64,000 bases of DNA from Selaginella moellendorffii (lineage: Eukaryota; Plantae; Lycopodiophyta): the NCBI RefSeq assembly GCF_000143415.4, contig NW_003314370.1:62001-126000 (forward strand), read 5' to 3'. The notes beneath the pieces are model-generated. The model was not told where the DNA came from. It worked only from the letters and a program-made list of their open reading frames with translations, and did not search any database. A program made the translations under genes and the position numbers. This document shows, piece by piece, positions 54,309 through 64,000 of this stretch (its first letter is position 1; each line of letters opens with the position of its first letter).

Positions 54309-56937
54309 ATGGCGGGGGCGAGCGCGTCGTGGAGAGCCAAATCGCTCCCCAATCCCAAATCCGATGGAGTTCCTGGCATCCTCACGATGGTTTGCTTGCG
54401 TGCATTGAGATTTTGGCGATGGATTCTCATGTGGATGCGCACTACAGACTCCCAGTGGCTTCAAATGGACTCCCAACATTCCAAATGCTGCGAAGGCGTT
54501 GAATGTCGATTACAGGTCCCTCAGAGGTAACTAAAAACTTGAGATTTTTTTTTCCTAGCTTTGTTTTTCGCTTTGTCTTTCAGGCCAACGAGCTAGCAAA
54601 GAAGCTACATCCAAGAAGGCTATACTAAACTTGCTAACGGACTCCACAGCGGTGAGTGTCTGTAAGTTTGCTTTTGCTCGTATCAATCGCGGAGTTTTTT
54701 CTTCTTTACACGCAGGTCCAATACTTTTTTGAGTTTGAGAACTTCGTTGACAGGGATGCTTCTCGCAATTTCCTTGGTACTTGTGCGTTTCTTCTTCCTT
54801 CACAAAGCTGATGGTTTTCTCCTTCTTTTCTTTTTTTCTAGCACCGTTTCTTGCAAACGCTGCAACTCCGATTGCTAACAACGAGCCGGCAGCTAACGAG
54901 GCTTCTACATCGGCACGTCCTCCGGGACAAAACGAAAGCCTCAATCAGACTGAAATGGAGCGGCGAATAAAACTTTTGCAAGGAGACAGGCAGGCTCTCT
55001 TCCTTCGCTGCTTTTGCTTTAAAGCTGCTTTACGCGTGTGCCAGTGAGCTGCAAAGGCTTCATCAAAACCTCGTCATGAACCAGATTCTTTCCGAGCATG
55101 ATTTCTGGGCTTCCAGAAAGGTACTTCAGAGTTTTTCTCGTAGATTAATCAATAATTCAGCTTCTATCTGTGGAGTGCAGAAGACGGGAGATAATCACAA
55201 AATGAGGACTGGGATGGCAAGCACAATGCTTGCTGATATCCGTCCGATGGCCGATGGCCGGGTATGGGCTCTTTCTGAAGTTTAATGTGTTTCCAAAGCA
55301 TCACATTCTTTCCTTCAGACGAACACGGTGACGTTTAACATCACGCCAGAGATCATTCATCAGGTTTGATAACTCCTTTATTATCCTGTCGTGATGAAGT
55401 TCTTATTTTTTGACTCAGATATTTGCGGAAAAGCCGGCTGTCCATCGAGCTTTTCTGAACTTTGTACCATCAAAGGTACGGATGCTATGCAATAGAATGC
55501 TGACAGATTTTTTTCTGGTACCAATTGTAGATGACCGAAATAGCCTTCTGGACAAAGTACTGTAGGAACGATTATCTCCATCGGACTAAGAATGCCGCCG
55601 CAGCAACGGCTGAAGCACAAGATGACGAGGAGCTAGCAGTATTTGTGAACGACGATGACATTATTGCCAAAGAGTATCGCCGGAAAGTAAGCCGCCATTC
55701 TGAAACGATCATTTACTGACAGCGAAACAGATAAAACGAGTGGATCCAACTTTAGACATCGCTGCAGACAATGCAGATTCTTCTCTGCCGGTAGGCCTAC
55801 GATATGGTGCTCATGCTAAACTTCTCTAACGATGATTGGGTAGGGACATGGAATTTACAGAGACAGAGCTAAGGATCCCATCGATGGCAACATGAGAAAC
55901 AAACTAATGCGCGATATTAACAGGCATGGGGAAGTTGTGCTAGAAGGTCGACTCCTCGGTATGATGATCACAGCTCGTTTCATTACGATGATGACCGTGT
56001 GACTGTTGTTTCTAGAGGAAAACAGGAACGATGCAATGAGCATTGCTCAGGCTTTGGCAAAAGTCCAGCAACAAGGTTGCGTTTGGCTCGAGCTTGTAGA
56101 AGGTTGAAGCTGAGATTTTTGTGGCAGATACGAGGGTGGAGGAAAACGATCGTAGAGCTAGAGCTATGACCGAGCTTGAAGATTTACAAGGCCCTCGAGG
56201 ACTTCCGTCCGTTCCTCTTTCCATACAGGCATGCAATCAATAGCCAGGAAGATTTCACTGAGTGATTTTTCTTCCTTTTGGTGAACACAGGATCCTCGCA
56301 AGTATTTCGATGTACAAGCCAATACCAACATTGGAGCGAGTAGTTCTTCAACATTACATCCCAACGAGATCTTGCAGCGTTTGAGGCAGCAGATAGAAGA
56401 GTTCGAACACCAGGACGGGACAGCTCCTATAATTCCTGGATCTCTCGCTTTCAAGGTTTGGCATTTTGGCTCACATCCATTCACTCCCTCTCCACTGCTC
56501 TTTCCAACAGGTTTTAACCGAGCTCACGCAACAAGTCTCTAGTACGCATCATTCTCTCGGAAGAACTGCCGAGAAGAATGTCCTTGACAGTCTACCACGC
56601 TCCGTGAGGGAAGCTTTACTTCAGGTAAGCTTTGTAGTTTTGCTGGCCTACTTAAGTTCTGGATATGTAGCACTCGTCATTCATCAATGAAGTCCTTCGA
56701 CAGTTTTGGGCGACCTGTCCGATCACTTCAAACGCTCTTCTACAAAAGGTATAAACAAGTTCGCAAAATGGGTTTGCCAGTCTCAGCCTGTGGTCGTTTA
56801 GGCAAATCGTCTCAAGGATTGCATGGCTAAAGTCTACAACGAAATACAGGTAAATCTCGTCGAGTTCCTCTTTGCGTAAAAACGAAAAACTTTTGACAGG
56901 CTTTGAAAAGCTCGGTGCAATCGGAGCATCGCCACCA
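54309..56937 (+). CDS. TFB1: TFIIH subunit TFB1/p62 (BSD domains); 3' end lost in the gap
   Basis: Multi-exon; LSEHDFWASRK, VTFNITPEIIHQIFAEKPAVHRAFLNFVP, MTEIAFWTKYCR, DINRHGEVVLEG, DPRKYF. Confidence 0.85.
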
Positions 56938-57037
56938 NNNNNNNNNNNNNNNNNNNNNNNNNNNNNNNNNNNNNNNNNNNNNNNNNNNNNNNNNNNNNNN
57001 NNNNNNNNNNNNNNNNNNNNNNNNNNNNNNNNNNNNN
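56938..57037. other. Assembly gap (100 N)
   Basis: N run. Confidence 0.99.
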
Positions 57038-57818
57038 CGAAACGGTGTGGATTCATTACCTTGAAGGCGATAATCTCGTAAGGCTCGGCCGCGAAGAGGA
57101 GATACTGCCACTCCTTTTCGTTCGGTTCCAGCTTCTGCTCAAACGAGGACATCAAGCGGTACCGTGGCTTGGCATTGTCCTCGATCTCCGGATAAGCAAT
57201 CTATAAGACAAGAACACGGAGTTTCAGCTAAGAATCGTGTCTGGCAAAGTGAAAACTCACCTGAAAGAGTAGAGAGCGTTGTTGCGTCTCTGCGTCGTAT
57301 TGTTTCGTGACTTTGTAACCGGGCCGGCCAATCTTAACTGGAGGAGACACAACACAACACTTAGAAAAATCCAAAGAGATGGTCTTTTTCTCCATACCTG
57401 TCTTGCGTGGGTTGAGCTTTCTCTTGAGTGGCTGTGGCTGAATAGGCTGATCTTTAGCATCCCGAGCCGCGCGCTTGGCCAAATTCGTCTGGTGTCGCTT
57501 GCCTTGCGTGTGTGCCAAGTAGTTCCCCTCATTGTTGTGCAGCGTCAAGCAAAGCTTACACTCGTAGCTGCCAAAACCAAAGGAATTTCAATGCCATCAC
57601 TCGCCCAATCTCGAGAAAAACAGCGGACATTCTCCTCCAAGAGAAAAACATGAAAGAGAGACATACCTTCCCAAGTGATTGCGCATGAAGTAGGGGTCCT
57701 TGCCCAGGTCGATCGTCTCGATGGCGAGGCGCCGGAGACGCTCGCGCCTATCGATCGCCTCATTCTGAGCCGACGCCGCGCCACCGCTCCCGGGCTTGCT
57801 CCCCCACTCCCTGTCCAT
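57038..57818 (-). CDS. SF3A2: Splicing factor 3A subunit 2 (SAP62/Prp11); 3' part lost in the gap
   Basis: MDREWGSKPGSGG..DRRERLRRLAIETIDLGKDPYFMRNHLG, YECKLCLTLHNNEGNYLAHTQGKRHQTNL, YLLFAAEPYEIIAFK. Confidence 0.95.
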
Positions 57819-57953
57819 CGCGCTCCTAGCAAAAAGCCCTAAATCTTTGACGAGAGAAAATCCCAGCCGTTTGCTAGATTCACAGTAACGAGGACAATCT
57901 CCACCGTCCAATTTCGAAACATTAAGGACCGTCCGATCCATACTCTAGAATTT

Positions 57954-59636
<1,683 letters not shown>

Positions 59637-59828
59637 CGAACTTTCAGGAGAGAAAAATCGTTACCAGATTTTTATAAAGTACTGCATTGCCGAAACAGAC
59701 ACGCCGGGGCGAATTCCTCAATGGCTTCTAAGTTCGAGGACGAGATGATACACACAAAGGCATATAGAATCGACATATTCATTTCAGCCACGTCATAACC
59801 AAACAATGTGAACCACGCTAACTATAAG

Positions 59829-61099
59829 TTAATGTCTAAGAAAATACCCCACCAGGACACCCAAGATTCCCACAAAAAAAACGAAAAAGAGTGAATAACC
59901 ATGCCCTCTCGAGGTTGTGGTGTGATTGCTAGAGACTTTAGCATTGGCCTGCAACGGATCCTACTTTAAAAAAGAACTAGAAAAACTAAATTCCGTACCA
60001 GTTCTTGTTCGAGCTCTCGCGTTTGATGCTTTGCCAAGTCGCGCTCGTTCGACAGTGTTGTCAAGGATGCTCGTGCCTGCAAGCAACAGATAGCTTAAAA
60101 CTCACGTTCACGATACTTGTTACCTCTGCAATCTTGCTCTCAAGTTCACCGGCAGTTTTAGGCCCCTGTAAACCAACAACGTGTACATCAGAGTTTCGTG
60201 CAGCTAAAAGGTATGAAAAGTCTTACGTCTCTCAGTGAAAAGATCCAGTCTCCATTGTCGGCTTTTGATGGAGAAACAGTTTCTTCGGCGGACTCGGGAA
60301 CCGGAGACGGAGGTTGAGGCGGAGAGACATAGACAACTTTCAGCTTGTTCTCGAACACCTCCGCCCCATTCTCTTTGTTAAACTGCACCAAAACAATTCT
60401 AAACCAACGATGTTTAGAAAGCTATGAACTGACCAGCTCCTGGGACACTTCTTGAAACTGAGCACCCTCCGGTGCTCGAACACTTTGCACAAGGAACTTG
60501 TCCTTGCACTGCTGCAGGTCTGGGGGATAGTCTCGTTGTGCTTGCATGGTGACTGCAGCAAACAAGCACGGGGTCAATCTTAATAGAAAAAAAAAAAAAA
60601 AAAAGGAAGAGAGAACATACTGATAATGTCAACGCTGCCATGAGGTGGAACAAAACCAGCATTCGGACGAACAGAATATTTCTTTGGTGATGTAGTTTTC
60701 ACCTGGAAATAAAAAGAACAAAGAATTAGAGCACACACACAGACGTATCATTTCATCCTTGGTTACCTTAAACGCCACATACTCGTCGGTGTTATTCTTG
60801 AGCTCCAAGGGGCAAGCAATTTGCTTCTTCAACTCAACTATTTCCAGCAAAACAAAGAGAGCGAGCGAAATTAGGACAAAGCTTAGATCCAAAAGTCTTC
60901 GCAAGCTGGACCTCTATTCTGGGGGGCAACAAATGTCTACCTCTCCGAAGCCTTCCAGCCTTGATTGGAAAGCCTAGGCACGAAATCGAGAGAAATTTTT
61001 ACTCTACTAGACCGCGGAATCCACACAAAACACAGGGTCGAGAATCTTACAGGGGAATTTGAGCTCCGTCGGCTGGAAACTCAGAAGCTCGCTCGGCAT
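59829..61099 (-). CDS. VAMP-associated protein (VAP27, MSP domain plus C-terminal TM)
   Basis: MPSELLSFQPTELKF, YVAFKVKTTSPKKYSVRPN, DKFLVQS, KLKVVYVSPPQPPSPVPE, TM tail. Confidence 0.92.
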
Positions 61100-61490
61100 C
61101 GTGCCCGATTCTCGATCTCCCTGTTTTCACCGCTGCGCTGCGAATTCTTATTTCCACCCCTGCCATTCCGGAAGATCATCAGCCAAAAACAGGCGCTCAG
61201 ATCTGGACGCTCTTGCCTGGATCCACCAATTCCGCGATATTTACATGGATCCAATGCTGCGCCTTGCTCGCGTCTAGCCAAGAACCCTAAATCCAATCGT
61301 CCAGAAAGAATGTGACCCGAGTAGCACCTGATAGAAGGGTAACGCAGAAGTATCACCGCGCCACGTTGGCAGTGACGTGGACGTGGGATAAAACCAGCGA
61401 AGAGAAAAACAATGGAAAGCACAGCTAGCGAGCGCTTCGAGATCGCGGCAAGAACATAAAAAACAAAAAAAAAAAAAAAAAACAAAAGAG

Positions 61491-61493
<3 letters not shown>

Positions 61494-61523
<30 letters not shown>
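61494..61523. repeat. (AG)n microsatellite next to an A-tract
   Basis: Directly visible, in the NMT 3' flank. Confidence 0.9.
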
Positions 61524-61528
<5 letters not shown>

Positions 61529-61564
61529 AGAGAGGGGACGAACGATCGATCGAAGCTTTGGTGA

Positions 61565-62785
61565 TCAAAGTAAAACCAGTCCCAATTCCGCTGGCTTGAG
61601 CGCCTCCTTCATCCTGTAGTTGTAGAGGTAGTAGTGTAAGTGGCCATCGCCGGGGCCAAACTTGAGCTCCTTGAGGAAATCCTCGTTGTGCATGATGTCG
61701 AGCGCGTTGAAAACATCGTAGTCGCAGCGCTTGGCCATGATCAAGACGTCGTTCATCAGCTGCGCGATCGGCGTCGCGCCGGAGACGTTGTAGTACGAGT
61801 AGGCCGCCTTGAGCACCGAGTACTGCTCGTTCCCAATCACGGTCGACGGCAGCGTGTAGAAGCTCGCGAAGTCGGTCACCTCGCGGCTCTCGGGGTTCTC
61901 CACGACGTAGCTGTTGACGACGTTCTCCAAGGGGAGCAGCCAGTACTCGACGTCGGCCTCGGTGAAGAGCGGCGCCACCGAGAACTGCGCCAGGTAGCCG
62001 CGCAGCAGCGCCGTCACCTTGGCGACGTCGCGCCGCTCCATGGCCCGGAACCCCGGCGTCACCGTCTCCCTGGGCAGGCGGTACAGCCGGATGGTCCGGC
62101 TCATGGTGTTCCTGGCGCCCAGCCGCGAGAACCCCACGTCGATGAGCTTCTTCGGGTTGAGCGAGCGGTGCCAGTACTGGCAAGTCGCCACAGGGGTCGG
62201 CAGCACGACGCCGGCGGTATAGGCAGCGTGCCACAGGTTCTCCAGATGAACTCTCCGCGTCACCTCCTTGATGAGCACCGGTGCGAGGCGCTTGGATCGC
62301 AGCTTCTTGTGCACGCACAGGAAGTTGATCTCGGCCATGTTGATCACCGACTCCTTGACGCGGATCCGGGCCGGGACGCCGGTGATGAAGGCGACGAGCT
62401 TCTTGGAGGTCTTTGCTCGGACGCCGATGTGCCAGTTGGGGAAGTAGCCCGGCGGGCGGAGCGCCCAGCGCAGGAAATCCACCGAGTAGTCGAAGCGAAA
62501 CATGTTGTCATCGTCCTCGACGTAGTTGTTGGTGAGCAGCGCGTAGATTTCCGCCATGGCGTCCTCCGAGTTGACGTCGCAGGTGCACCACTCGTAGCTG
62601 CTGGGGAGATTGTAGGGCTCCTGCTTCACCTCGGACGGCGGCGTCGCCGGCTCGATCGATCCGTCGGGCAGATCGGCATTCTCCTTGTCCCTGTACTGAC
62701 CTACGGGCTGCGTCTCCCAGAATTGGTGCCGCTTGCTCTCCGGCGACGCGCGCATCTCGGGCGAAAGAACGCCGCGCCGGTACAT
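61565..62785 (-). CDS. NMT1: Glycylpeptide N-myristoyltransferase (intronless)
   Basis: HQFWETQPV, NYVEDDDNMFRFDYS, EINFLCVHKKLRSKRLAPVLIKEVTRRV, KFGPGDGHLHYYLYNY, C-terminal GLVLL. Confidence 0.97.
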   Translation of the reverse strand: MYRRGVLSPEMRASPESKRHQFWETQPVGQYRDKENADLPDGSIEPATPPSEVKQEPYNLPSSYEWCTCDVNSEDAMAEIYALLTNNYVEDDDNMFRFDYSVDFLRWALRPPGYFPNWHIGVRAKTSKKLVAFITGVPARIRVKESVINMAEINFLCVHKKLRSKRLAPVLIKEVTRRVHLENLWHAAYTAGVVLPTPVATCQYWHRSLNPKKLIDVGFSRLGARNTMSRTIRLYRLPRETVTPGFRAMERRDVAKVTALLRGYLAQFSVAPLFTEADVEYWLLPLENVVNSYVVENPESREVTDFASFYTLPSTVIGNEQYSVLKAAYSYYNVSGATPIAQLMNDVLIMAKRCDYDVFNALDIMHNEDFLKELKFGPGDGHLHYYLYNYRMKEALKPAELGLVLL

Positions 62786-62883
62786 TTAGCTCCCCCTCTT
62801 TGTTCCTCGCCCCGCCCAAGAACCCTAAAATTTCATAGCCCGCCCCGCCGTCGATATAATCGCGCGGGAGACGTGGCCCCGCC

Positions 62884-64000
62884 ATGCCCGTCCGTTTCGG
62901 GGATCCCACAGCGCCTGGATCTCGCGACGCCGCGGCCATAATCCCCCCCGAGCGCCTCGTCCGCGCGCGATTCGACGATGCCAGCTTCCAGGAGTACCAC
63001 GCGCTCGCCTGCTGCGTCAAATCGTGCTCCAAGGCCAAGGATCTGGCCGAGGCGGTGGCGATCCACGGCCGGATCAAGGCCTCCAGCTACGCCGCCGATC
63101 GCTACCTCAAGAATCTGCTCATGGACATGTACAGCAAATGCGGCAGCCTGGAGCACGTCCGATCGGTGTTCCAGAGCCTGGACCGCGGCGATCGCAACGC
63201 ATTCTCGTGGAACATCATGGTGTCCGCTCTGGGGAGGAACGGGCATCTGGAGGAGGCGCGCAAGATGTACGAGGACATGCCCGAGAAGAGCACCGTGGGC
63301 GCAAACGCGATGATCAACGCCTACGCCAAGGGTGGGCATCTCGCGGAAGCCCTAGACGTCTTCGCCAGGATCCCCAAGAAGGACGTGGTCTCGTGGACGA
63401 GCATCGTCACCGCATATGCCGAGAACGGGCATATTCTCGAGGCTCGGCGGATATTCGACAAGATGCCCGACAAGAACGTCGTCTCGTGGACGGCCATGAT
63501 CACCGGCTACATCGAGAATGGCAGCCTGGGCGAGGCGCGCCGCCTCTTCGACGCCATGCCCGTACGGAATATCTCCTCGTGGAACAACATGGTCAAGGGA
63601 TATGCCATGTACGGGCATACGGAGGAGGCCCGCGCGGTGTTTGACGACATGCCGCAGAAGAACGTCATCTCCTGGACGTGCATGGTGACGGCGTACGCCC
63701 AGAAGGGGAATCTCCGCGAGGCACGGGGTATATTCGATGCCATGCCCGACAAGAATGTCGTGTCGTGGAACGCAATGATCACGGCATATGCCCAGTACGG
63801 GTATCTGGGGAAGGCAAAGCGGATATTCGACGCGATGCCCAAGAGGGACCCGGTGACCTGGACGGCGATGGTCACCGCATTTGCCCAGCACGGGGATATT
63901 CTCCAGGCGAGGGCGCTCTTCGAAAAGATGCCGCAGAAGGTTCTCGTGTCGTACAACGCCATGGTGGCGGCATACGCCCAGAATGGTGACGTGGACGAGT
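62884..64000 (+). CDS. PLS-class pentatricopeptide repeat protein with tandem 31-aa S/SS motifs (runs off the window)
   Basis: Open frame from ATG 62884 with repeated 93-nt units such as NVVSWTAMITGYIENGSLGEARRLFDAMP; missing from the ORF track because it has no stop in the window. Confidence 0.93.
   Translation, partial: MPVRFGDPTAPGSRDAAAIIPPERLVRARFDDASFQEYHALACCVKSCSKAKDLAEAVAIHGRIKASSYAADRYLKNLLMDMYSKCGSLEHVRSVFQSLDRGDRNAFSWNIMVSALGRNGHLEEARKMYEDMPEKSTVGANAMINAYAKGGHLAEALDVFARIPKKDVVSWTSIVTAYAENGHILEARRIFDKMPDKNVVSWTAMITGYIENGSLGEARRLFDAMPVRNISSWNNMVKGYAMYGHTEEARAVFDDMPQKNVISWTCMVTAYAQKGNLREARGIFDAMPDKNVVSWNAMITAYAQYGYLGKAKRIFDAMPKRDPVTWTAMVTAFAQHGDILQARALFEKMPQKVLVSYNAMVAAYAQNGDVDE

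Noticed and set aside
61640-62941. Long antisense ORFs over NMT1 (also over ClpP2, 32352-33224)
   Set aside because: Shadow ORFs caused by high GC3 codon usage.

Overview
Eukaryotic plant nuclear DNA with very compact genes: ~50-60 nt introns, intergenic gaps under 200 bp, and SS-type PPR repeats. This best fits a lycophyte such as Selaginella (inference). The window has three zones. (1) 1-3.8 kb: a plastid pyruvate kinase and a BASL-family-motif gene. (2) ~3.9-32.3 kb: an AT-rich, transposon-derived island. It holds a nest of degenerate Ty3/gypsy elements (tRNA-Ala-like PBS, 4-bp TSD), a young non-autonomous LARD-like LTR element (tRNA-Met PBS, 5-bp TSD, satellite-bearing LTRs, a six-hairpin cluster), a MITE and a (TA)n tract. 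In the middle sits an uninterrupted 508-codon ORF for a Crinkler/RHS-type P-loop NTPase plus restriction-endonuclease-fold protein. A 23-bp perfect direct repeat (3891 and 23889) brackets this gene and the TE nest. (3) 32.3-64 kb: a dense housekeeping block containing ClpP2, dNK, an aspartic protease, ORP, RPL19, TRAPPC2L, a DUF218-like gene, a C2H2/PARP-like gene, a FAN-like BEACH gene, tRNA-Thr(AGT), TFB1, SF3A2, a P450 pseudogene, VAP27, NMT1 and a PPR gene, with one 100-N gap. The best candidate for an undescribed system is the direct-repeat-bounded, apparently permuted or modular CRN-like locus. All calls come from manual reading; no searches were run.
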